The translations under genes were made by a program, and so were the position numbers. A stretch of DNA of 64,000 nucleotides from NCBI GenBank assembly GCA_016927115.1, contig JAFGNH010000025.1:1202-65201 (forward strand), read 5' to 3'. The notes beneath the pieces were generated by a model. It saw only the letters and a list, made by a program, of their open reading frames with translations. It was not told where the DNA came from and made no database searches. Below, piece by piece: positions 44,109 through 51,723 of this stretch (position 1 is the stretch's first letter; each line of letters opens with the position of its first letter). This DNA is from Anaerolineales bacterium. GTDB lineage: Bacteria > Chloroflexota > Anaerolineae > Anaerolineales > E44-bin32.

Positions 44109-45092
44109 TTATTTTATGCCCGATTGCATCGCTGCAAGCAGATTATGCTCTACAGCTTTTCGGGCTTCTCCGATGGCACTGACCAGAGCCCGGGCATCGG
44201 ATCTGCCATGACCAACAAAAACAAGACCCTGTACACCGAGCAGTGGAGCTCCACCGTATTCAGAGGGGTCAAGGATTGAAAAAACACGTTTGAAGGCCGG
44301 TTTCGCCAGCAGTCCTCCGAGGCTGGTAATAGCGCCGGCCTGGATTTGTTCCTTGATCAACTCCACAAGGAATTTCGCCACAGCTTCGCTCGATTTAATC
44401 AGAATGTTTCCGTAAAAGCCATCTGTTACGACAACATCTGCTTCACCGGCGAAAACCTCCTTGGGTTCAAGGTTGCCAATAAAATTCAATCCACTTTCCT
44501 TCAGCAGCGGAAAAGTATCCTTCACCAGCTGGTTTCCTTTTCCTTCTTCCTCACCGTTTGAAAGAAGCCCCACGCGAGGTTCCGGGATGCCATGAACTTT
44601 TTGTGCGTACAGGGACCCGAGCCTGGCGAATTGCAGCAGATATTCAGGTTTACAGTCTGTGTTGGCTCCGACATCGATAACAATTGCAGTGCCATTGGCC
44701 ACAGGAACGGTTGGCGCAAGGGCCGGGCGTTTCACTCCGGGGATTCGGCCCAGACGGAAGATAGCGTTTACCAGCGCACCACCTGTGTTTCCTGCTGTAA
44801 CGAATGCATCCGCTTTATCCTCTTTGAGGAGATCCATACCTACAGCCATTGAACTGGAAGCTTTCTGACGGGCGGTTCTGGCGGGTTTATCTGTCATCTG
44901 GAAGACCTCGGAAGCATGGATGATTTCCACCAGTCCGGTTTCAGGCTCCAGGGCCTCCAGTTTTGGCTTGAGTTCCTCTTCCTTTCCTACCAGCAGAACA
45001 GGATCTCCCCATTTCTTCGCAGCCAGGACAGCTGCCTCCACTTCGGGAATCGGACAGGTATCACTGCCCATGGCATCAAGAACAATTCTCAT
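44109..45092 (-). CDS. plsX: Phosphate acyltransferase PlsX
   Basis: DAMGSD, AGNTG, RPAL, D.GAN, LLSNG.E..KG, DGF.GN..K..E, GGA.LLG, HG.S. Confidence 0.97.
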   Translation of the reverse strand: MRIVLDAMGSDTCPIPEVEAAVLAAKKWGDPVLLVGKEEELKPKLEALEPETGLVEIIHASEVFQMTDKPARTARQKASSSMAVGMDLLKEDKADAFVTAGNTGGALVNAIFRLGRIPGVKRPALAPTVPVANGTAIVIDVGANTDCKPEYLLQFARLGSLYAQKVHGIPEPRVGLLSNGEEEGKGNQLVKDTFPLLKESGLNFIGNLEPKEVFAGEADVVVTDGFYGNILIKSSEAVAKFLVELIKEQIQAGAITSLGGLLAKPAFKRVFSILDPSEYGGAPLLGVQGLVFVGHGRSDARALVSAIGEARKAVEHNLLAAMQSGIK

Positions 45093-45125
45093 TTGTGATT
45101 TCTCCCAACTTTTTTATACCGCGGG

Positions 45126-45153
45126 TTGACTTTCCCGGTTCATAGGCTATAAT
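45126..45153 (+). promoter_or_regulatory. Sigma-70 promoter of tRNA-Leu
   Basis: TTGACT-N16-TATAAT followed by a GC-rich discriminator (ACCGCGG). Confidence 0.75.
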
Positions 45154-45173
45154 ACCGCGGAATTCAGATAATT

Positions 45174-45255
45174 GCGCTGGTGCTGGAACTGGCAGACAGG
45201 CATGGTTGAGGGCCATGTGTCGCAAGACGTGCGGGTTCGACCCCCGCCCAGCGCA
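45174..45255 (+). tRNA. tRNA-Leu(GAG)
   Basis: Acceptor stem GCGCTGG/CCAGCGC plus A73, anticodon arm CATGG-TTGAGGG-CCATG, long variable arm, GGTTCGA T-loop; followed by CCT rather than CCA. Confidence 0.97.
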
Positions 45256-45264
45256 CCTGAAAAG

Positions 45265-45290
45265 AAGCTGCACAGAAGCAGCTATTTTTG
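45265..45290 (+). terminator. Probable terminator after tRNA-Leu
   Basis: AGCTGC-acagaa-GCAGCT followed by ATTTTT. Confidence 0.6.
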
Positions 45291-45307
45291 ATTCTCTTCT
45301 CTTTTTC

Positions 45308-46042
45308 TTATTCAGGGGACACAGAGTGATAGATCTCTATATGTGTGGTTTCCGGAGCCATGGGAAGCAGAGGGATAGTCAGTGTCAGCAGATGGCTTAT
45401 TTCCGCTGATAGCGAAACATGTTCCGGGATTAACCGGGTAAGCGGCGTGAGATCTGGGGTAACCCCCATGGATGGTGCCTGTTTGCTGAGTGCTATGAAT
45501 ATGCGCTGCTGGGTTGAGAGCAGTGCTTCCGAGTCGGTAGAAAGAAAGGTAACCAACCCGATCACCTGGTCCCCATGGAGTTGACCGCCATCAAATTGGA
45601 TACCCCCAAGATAATCAACAAATGTGGAAAAGGCGACTTGATCGAAAACGATCCATTGATCTGGCGTTAACGGCGTTTTCTGTTGTACAGCTGCGAGGAA
45701 GTTGCTGGAAAGACCCTCCGAGTCGGAATACTCGAAACGGGACCGAAGTGAGGAGAGATCCTGTGAGGTGTCGGCAGAACCCACAGGGAGACCAAGCAGG
45801 AAAATATCCTTTGCCGGCAGCCTATACGTCATAAACCATGTCCCAAGAAGCTGTGGATTCTCTGAGTGGAGATTGTCTACCCAGATCAAAAGAAGAGTTG
45901 TTTGTTGTTGGTCGAAGGCTGTTTGTGGTGTCGGTGTAGCCTCTGCTGTTGCAGGCGACCGCATCCAGACACTGAAGAGACCCAGCGCAAAGCAGGCTAT
46001 CGCAACAAGGAAGATGATGGGTGTTGGTGATTTATTTTTCAT
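45308..46042 (-). CDS. Membrane-anchored LCP (LytR-CpsA-Psr)-like protein, catalytic arginines not evident
   Basis: N-terminal TM; LLLIWVD, D.W.VFD..AF..FVD.LGGI, L.G.QV, QQRI resemble the LCP fold; PRD replaced by PVG. Confidence 0.6.
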   Translation of the reverse strand: MKNKSPTPIIFLVAIACFALGLFSVWMRSPATAEATPTPQTAFDQQQTTLLLIWVDNLHSENPQLLGTWFMTYRLPAKDIFLLGLPVGSADTSQDLSSLRSRFEYSDSEGLSSNFLAAVQQKTPLTPDQWIVFDQVAFSTFVDYLGGIQFDGGQLHGDQVIGLVTFLSTDSEALLSTQQRIFIALSKQAPSMGVTPDLTPLTRLIPEHVSLSAEISHLLTLTIPLLPMAPETTHIEIYHSVSPE

Positions 46043-46132
46043 AAGCAGTGGACTGATCCTTCAGGCGTCTGCACTTGAGATTGTACTCTGGTGCACGTGA
46101 AGCCGCAATCAGCCCACCGGAAATCTACTGGG

Positions 46133-46336
46133 TCAGAATAGAATCACCTGGAGTAATCCCCCTGCGGCCCAGCCAAGAATATAAGCCACGCTTCCCCAGA
46201 GAAGAATCGGTGCGTATCGTACGATCACTTGAACCGTATCCTTATTCTCCAGGGCGAATTCAGCCAGCACAACCAGCATACGCCAGAATGTTAACTGGAC
46301 CTGTATTCCCGCAGGAGTGGCTAAAATTTTCTGCAT
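46133..46336 (-). CDS. Small membrane protein (67 aa)
   Basis: AAGGAG RBS; hydrophobic C-terminal helix; in operon position. Confidence 0.65.
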   Translation of the reverse strand: MQKILATPAGIQVQLTFWRMLVVLAEFALENKDTVQVIVRYAPILLWGSVAYILGWAAGGLLQVILF

Positions 46337-46349
46337 TGTTCTTCTCCTT

Positions 46350-46583
46350 CTACCTGGATGTGCTTATACGCAGGATACGGCCGTGGGAATCGGTAGTCAC
46401 CCGTACAATTCGATTGAGAGATTTCCCACCGGGAAGGTTTACTTTACCCCGATAAATCAGCAGGTAGTGAAAACTCCCATTGGGGACTGATTGCCGGCTG
46501 ACAGTAGGCCGCGCCCCAGACATTTCTGGAAATTGGCGAGAGACTTTTTTGTTTATTTTTGAAATAGCATCTCTGTCTACCAT
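46350..46583 (-). CDS. Small basic protein homologous to the C-terminal domain of the C25-like protease (PepSY-like pattern)
   Basis: Start overlaps the ftsZ stop (TAATG); aligns by eye with the last ~90 aa of 49081..51723. Confidence 0.8.
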   Translation of the reverse strand: MVDRDAISKINKKVSRQFPEMSGARPTVSRQSVPNGSFHYLLIYRGKVNLPGGKSLNRIVRVTTDSHGRILRISTSR

Positions 46584-47728
46584 TATTCCCTCATTTCACT
46601 CATCAAAGCCCGGCGCCGAAGAAATGTTGGTACATCAATATCGTCTGTGGAAAGAATGTGCTCCGGAACAGGAAGGTTTTCACGAGCAGTTTTTGAAGAG
46701 GAGGACAAAATATTGCGAACAGGTTGCGCTCCAATACCGGTGATGATCAGAATTACCTGAGTGCGGTTCTGCATATCCGGATTATTGGATGCCCCAAGGA
46801 TCAGATCTGCATCTGGGGCAACAGCTTTTCGTAGTTCGAGCACAGCGTCACCGACCTCAATGAGGCTGAGGTCATCGCCACCGGTAAAGTGGACCAGCAC
46901 TCCCTGTGCCTGATCCAGACTGTCTATTGTCAACAGAGGATGGTGGAGCGCCTGCTGGATGGCTGAGACTGATTTCTGGGGGCCTTCTCCCAATCCAATA
47001 GACATGAACGCACCGCCGCCACGCTGCATAATTTCCCTGACATGGGCAAAATCAACATTAATTAGACCGGGCTGTGTCACAAGCTCAGCAATTCCCTGTA
47101 CTCCCTGACGCAGCACATCATCCGCAACGCGGAAAGCAACCTCGAGACTGAGATTCTGCGGAATAATCTGCAGTAATCGATCGTTTGGAATGGTAATCAA
47201 AGTATTTGTATGGGGGCGAAGTTTCCGTATGCCCTCACTTGCGTTTCTTTCACGCCGGGCCATTTCAAAGGTAAACGGCGTGGTAACAACCGCAATTACG
47301 ACCGCTCCTGTCTCTCGGGCGATTTCAGCGGCCACCGGTGCTGCGCCAGTACCTGTACCACCACCCATTCCGGCAGTGATAAAAACCATATCGGAGCCTT
47401 TGAGTGCGGCTGCTATCTCACGACTGCTTTCCATAGCGGCTGCAGCCCCGATCTTGGGATCACCACCGGCACCCAGGCCGCGTGTAATTGTCGGGCCCAG
47501 GCGAATCCTGGTTTCTGCAAGCGATTTGTCCAGTGCCTGGTGATCAGTGTTGGCCGCGATAAAATCAATACCGGTCAGTCCCAGCTCAATCATCCGGTTT
47601 ACGGCATTCGAACCGCCGCCTCCCAGGCCGAGAACCGTTATCCGGGGTTTCCCTATTTGTGAAAAATCTTCTGTAGAAGGCCCGGGTTTTAATGCTGCTC
47701 TGACTCTGATAGGTCTTGTCTCATCCAT
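46583..47728 (-). CDS. ftsZ: FtsZ (probable second paralog; T7 loop NVDFAH)
   Basis: GLGGGGSNAVNRM, NTD.QAL, GLGAG, GGGTGTG tubulin signature, C-terminal DIDVPTFLR; start ATG 47728 with AGGAG RBS; not in a dcw cluster. Confidence 0.93.
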   Translation of the reverse strand: MDETRPIRVRAALKPGPSTEDFSQIGKPRITVLGLGGGGSNAVNRMIELGLTGIDFIAANTDHQALDKSLAETRIRLGPTITRGLGAGGDPKIGAAAAMESSREIAAALKGSDMVFITAGMGGGTGTGAAPVAAEIARETGAVVIAVVTTPFTFEMARRERNASEGIRKLRPHTNTLITIPNDRLLQIIPQNLSLEVAFRVADDVLRQGVQGIAELVTQPGLINVDFAHVREIMQRGGGAFMSIGLGEGPQKSVSAIQQALHHPLLTIDSLDQAQGVLVHFTGGDDLSLIEVGDAVLELRKAVAPDADLILGASNNPDMQNRTQVILIITGIGAQPVRNILSSSSKTARENLPVPEHILSTDDIDVPTFLRRRALMSEMRE

Positions 47729-49019
47729 AACGTTCTCCTGATTGTTCAGAGGTTTGCACTTCTGGTTCACTTTCTGAAACAAGGTCGCTGAAAGGAGCCA
47801 GGTCAAGGCGGGAGACGATACAGGATTCAGCGCGCAGACTATCCTCGATTACTGAAGGGAATTGTGTTTCATCGCCAACCACTGTAACGCGTTCTGCATA
47901 GCGAGCTTCTTCTGCTGAGAAGCCGATAACCGGATGAGCAGTCCGGATAAAATCTCCGAAGCTTTTCCAGTCCCAAAGGCTCCCGGCATCGAGATCCCGC
48001 GGTAAAAGCACATAATGGACGATAGGTTTGACTGGTATCTCCTGGGGGACTGCGGATGCTTGTTTATTCTGCGTTGAATGTAACAGGGTCTGCATTGCCT
48101 TTACCACCGGCAGCGGTTCCGAGATGCTGGGGAACCATGCTGAATCTGTGCCGGGAGTAGAAGATGCGAGGCAGTAGAAGGAAAAGTTTAGCAGGTTACC
48201 GGGAAGAGTTTTATTCTGCAGCAGTCTTGTGATGGACAGGGTGTCCTCACTATGCCTGTCCAAATCAACCCGGGTTGGTTCGGCAGTGGGCAGCGAAGAA
48301 CCGCCTGCGGCAACCAGAAAAGAGGGTATCTCACCGATAATCTTTTTATAGATTGCCGAATACCAATCGAAAATACGCAAGCCGCGCTGATCCTGAGACC
48401 CTTCCGGTGTGTGGTAGGGCAAGGACTCCGGCCAGTTTTCCGGTCCGCCAATTCCCCAATCAAGCTGCTGGTTGTATGTCCAGGCATAGACGGACAGGAC
48501 AAGCTGTTTGATCTGGTCAGGTGCACGACGCTGGAGTGCAGACAGGGCAGCTTCCAGGAAAGCAGTATCCCAGTAATCTCCACCTGGCTCGAGCGGCGGA
48601 AAAATGGCTTTCAAACCCGCTGTTCGCTGAGCTTGCAATACCGGGATAAGGAAATCTGTAAAACGTTCGATCAGTCGTATCCTGGTCCACTCATTTTGTC
48701 GCCAGCTGGACTGACAGTTGGGCCGATCAAACACGACAACATACTGCACACCCCAACGGGCATACAAGGACAGGAGGTCGGAATACCCTTCCACCAGTGT
48801 TCCAATCCGGACAGGAAGGCGGACTACGGGTGTAATGCCTGCGTCGATAAGACTCTTCAGGAAATGCTCAGGGATAGCTCGGTGGGCTGAAGAGGTGAGT
48901 GTCAGCCATCTAGCCCCAAGAGACCGCAGGATCGGAAGCCAGGTAGCCAGATCTGCCTGAGAGTAATGCAGATCATCCGGATAGTAGTGGTAGCCTAATT
49001 GGCGCAGTTCCTCTGTCAT
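47721..49019 (-). CDS. Glycoside-hydrolase-like TIM-barrel protein (catalytic Glu not evident) with C-terminal cell-wall-binding-2-like segment
   Basis: G.HY, LG..W, GI.P.VRL, GV.Y...FDRPN (cf. NEPN); C-terminal VTVVG......IE..L......V.RL. Confidence 0.55.
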   Translation of the reverse strand: MTEELRQLGYHYYPDDLHYSQADLATWLPILRSLGARWLTLTSSAHRAIPEHFLKSLIDAGITPVVRLPVRIGTLVEGYSDLLSLYARWGVQYVVVFDRPNCQSSWRQNEWTRIRLIERFTDFLIPVLQAQRTAGLKAIFPPLEPGGDYWDTAFLEAALSALQRRAPDQIKQLVLSVYAWTYNQQLDWGIGGPENWPESLPYHTPEGSQDQRGLRIFDWYSAIYKKIIGEIPSFLVAAGGSSLPTAEPTRVDLDRHSEDTLSITRLLQNKTLPGNLLNFSFYCLASSTPGTDSAWFPSISEPLPVVKAMQTLLHSTQNKQASAVPQEIPVKPIVHYVLLPRDLDAGSLWDWKSFGDFIRTAHPVIGFSAEEARYAERVTVVGDETQFPSVIEDSLRAESCIVSRLDLAPFSDLVSESEPEVQTSEQSGERYG

Positions 49020-49048
49020 GATTTAATTTCCTTCCTGCCGGATAAATT

Positions 49049-49065
49049 TGCAAGAACCATGCCGG
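49049..49065 (-). promoter_or_regulatory. Sigma-54 (-24/-12) promoter upstream of the GH-like / ftsZ genes
   Basis: Minus strand CCGGCATGGTTCTTGCA (GG-N10-GC) in a 61-nt intergenic gap. Confidence 0.75.
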
Positions 49066-49080
49066 TTCCGTTTCTGACTG

Positions 49081-51723
49081 CTATTTTGAGACAACCAGCT
49101 TCATGATCTTTCCCGTATGATCGATAGTAACTCTGGCGAAGCGGGAGTGTATCCGGTTGGCTGAGCGGATGTCTTTTGAGAAAGTAAAAATGTAGTGTTG
49201 GCCATTCTCACCTGGGACGAGCTTGGCATTGGAAGCCTGTATACCCTGTCCGATGTGGGAATAGATCGGCGAGTGGATCACGCACTCCGCATCGGACATT
49301 CCGGGCAGGTAGCTGGCCATGATGGTTTTCACTTTCGTCAGCATCATCGGATCAAACTCGGATTCCGGCAGCACAGTTTCTTTGGAGGTCGAAACAACTT
49401 TCATCGAAGCCGGCCGATTTTTTGAACGGGAAGAAGTCTTGCTGTCCGACTGTGAAGCAGCTGCTGTAAACAGAGGGTCACCGAAAAGGACGAAAGAAAT
49501 CAGGGTTTTCTGATCTTCTCCATCAAGGAAGCCCTGTCTTTCATGCATTTCAGCTGCAAGTCTCAGCCTGGCCTGTCGCAGCGCTTCTCCAGCCGGGATG
49601 CGCTGTTTCAGATTTATCCAGAAAAGTTTGCTGAGCAGATCAGCAGCAATAAGCGGAGTATTGACGGAACCATAAGAGATCTTCGTTGAACCCACGACAA
49701 CTTTGCTGCCGGAGGCAAGGAAGCGCAGTGAAATCGCGCTTTCTGAAGTTTTATCGACCGTATTCGCTCCATAACATGCTTCTGTAAATATGACCTCAGG
49801 AGCGGAGCCGCTGTTGAGAATGTCATCAGGGCGGAGTGCAACAGGGAATTCTTCCACGTCCGGGGTGGTAAATGGGTCTCGCTGGCCGAACCATTCCGGA
49901 GAATCCTCCAGCCCATGCAGGTTGAAATAAGAGAAACGGACACCTGCTGAGCCATCAGGCGGGTAGGGGCCTGCTTCGACAGGAGGGGATGTTTGCAGGG
50001 AGCGTGGCGAGCCGATTACCCGGAACACATCCATGGCTGCTTTACGCCAGATATCTGCACTATAGCCTAATGCACTGGTTTGGTTTCCGGTGATGCGGCC
50101 GAACAATCGGGATATCCAATTCCGGATTTTTCCGAAGATACCGGTTTTCTGTACAGGGTTCCGGTGGTACTCAGCTGTATCGGTAAGTGCCTTCAGCAGC
50201 TCATCGATTTGATCGGAGGGGAACCGTCCTACAGGCCATTCGGGTGCATAGTAGTTTTCATCCGTAGTGCCATAGGGGTTATCCGATAGGATCACATCAT
50301 CATCATCATCCGTGGGGTTAGGGAGCTGATGGAAGGGGATCACTTTATCGCTGCCAACGATCAAAAGAGCGCCAATCATCTCGCCCTGATTCCGAAGCGC
50401 CTGATCAAGATCGGCAAGCCGCAGTTTAATCTGCCAGGCGTTGCCTGGGTCAGCAGGTGCAAGCTGAAAAGCAGAGAGCGAGTTTGGATCATCGATAAAG
50501 AGAATATGTGCATTCCACGCCGGCCGGCGTTTCATCATCAAAACAAGATTAACCAGTGCTTTATTGATTCGTTCGAATCCTTCGTCGTCAAGTGTCTGCA
50601 CAAGGCGTGTGCGGCTGGAGAGGATGATGTATGCCGGTTTACGGCCATCGTCAGCCCGCTGGGTTCGATCAACTTTCAGCCTTTGTGCAAGCTGTTCAAA
50701 CTCAGCTTTAATTTCCTCAAGTTCATTCTGTCCGGAGATAGATTCATCCCCGGACCGTGGGCCCTGGAAAGCTTCCCAGGGTTCGGGCTGCGGCAGGTCA
50801 GCGGGATCGATATCCACTTCTTCTTCAGTATTGATGTCAGAGGAGCCATTCTTGGCAACAGCGTGAGATTGGTTGGTCTGGTTCTCCGTATTCTCTATAA
50901 AGGATGCTGAATTCTCAGTTGAAGCAGAGGTGCTTTCCAACGTTTCCGTAAGGAGGTTATCACCCAGTACCGCGGATACCTGTGCAGGAATAGCAGATGA
51001 GAACTGAGCATTCAGGGAAGAAGGCCACAAATTCCTGTATGGGTTGTCCAGGTCAAAAACATACGCAGCTGCTTCGCCGGCGGGATCTTCAGCTGCTGCC
51101 TGATGCAGCAATTCAACACCAAGTGAAGTTTCTCCGCTCCGCATTTTCATCTGGCCGAGCAGCAGCCTGACAGGGACACATTCAGGCCAGCGGTCCTGGG
51201 TCTGCAGCAGCAGCGCTTCCAGGATTTCCGGAGGTTTCGACTGTGCGTAGATCCGTGCTGCAATCCAGGTAGGCAGAGGGAGATCCGGTCCGAGTGCGAG
51301 TACATCCTCAACTGCAGCAGCTGCGGTAGCATACTCCTGCTTGTTGAGCGCTGCATATGCCAGGGAAAGTCCGGCCGCCCAGGAAGGGCTGCCTTCCGGG
51401 ATGGGCGTATTCTTCAAAGCAGCGATACAGGCATTCACTGTGGGAAGCAGGTTGAACTGCTTTAAATAGATAATGACACTGGCTGCCAGTTCGTACGCAG
51501 GCAGGTATTCCGGGTTGGTGATCCATAATTTCTTCAACCTTGCCAGAGCATTTTGTGCAAGGTTCTGATCGTATTCGGCCCGGGCAAGAAGACAGGTCAC
51601 CTCAGAATCACCAGGCCAGAACGTCAGCCAGTCTGTTGCCAGGTTGCGGGCTGTGTCCGGTCGTCCGGCAATAAAGGCCGCATGGATTGTTTCCAGCCAG
51701 GTATCTCTTCGAATTTGTGTCAT
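49081..51723 (-). CDS. TPR plus C25 (gingipain/caspase-fold) cysteine peptidase with C-terminal small domain
   Basis: LLIVG....IPF, SDNPYG, P...VGRFP; catalytic NLHG (His) and EACYG (Cys); VVGST, LFGDP; ATGA-coupled to the upstream TPR gene. Confidence 0.8.
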   Translation of the reverse strand: MTQIRRDTWLETIHAAFIAGRPDTARNLATDWLTFWPGDSEVTCLLARAEYDQNLAQNALARLKKLWITNPEYLPAYELAASVIIYLKQFNLLPTVNACIAALKNTPIPEGSPSWAAGLSLAYAALNKQEYATAAAAVEDVLALGPDLPLPTWIAARIYAQSKPPEILEALLLQTQDRWPECVPVRLLLGQMKMRSGETSLGVELLHQAAAEDPAGEAAAYVFDLDNPYRNLWPSSLNAQFSSAIPAQVSAVLGDNLLTETLESTSASTENSASFIENTENQTNQSHAVAKNGSSDINTEEEVDIDPADLPQPEPWEAFQGPRSGDESISGQNELEEIKAEFEQLAQRLKVDRTQRADDGRKPAYIILSSRTRLVQTLDDEGFERINKALVNLVLMMKRRPAWNAHILFIDDPNSLSAFQLAPADPGNAWQIKLRLADLDQALRNQGEMIGALLIVGSDKVIPFHQLPNPTDDDDDVILSDNPYGTTDENYYAPEWPVGRFPSDQIDELLKALTDTAEYHRNPVQKTGIFGKIRNWISRLFGRITGNQTSALGYSADIWRKAAMDVFRVIGSPRSLQTSPPVEAGPYPPDGSAGVRFSYFNLHGLEDSPEWFGQRDPFTTPDVEEFPVALRPDDILNSGSAPEVIFTEACYGANTVDKTSESAISLRFLASGSKVVVGSTKISYGSVNTPLIAADLLSKLFWINLKQRIPAGEALRQARLRLAAEMHERQGFLDGEDQKTLISFVLFGDPLFTAAASQSDSKTSSRSKNRPASMKVVSTSKETVLPESEFDPMMLTKVKTIMASYLPGMSDAECVIHSPIYSHIGQGIQASNAKLVPGENGQHYIFTFSKDIRSANRIHSRFARVTIDHTGKIMKLVVSK

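Noticed and set aside
45255-45258. tRNA-Leu ends in CCT rather than CCA
   Set aside because: Non-encoded CCA is common and is added post-transcriptionally; the stems are intact, so it is not a pseudogene.
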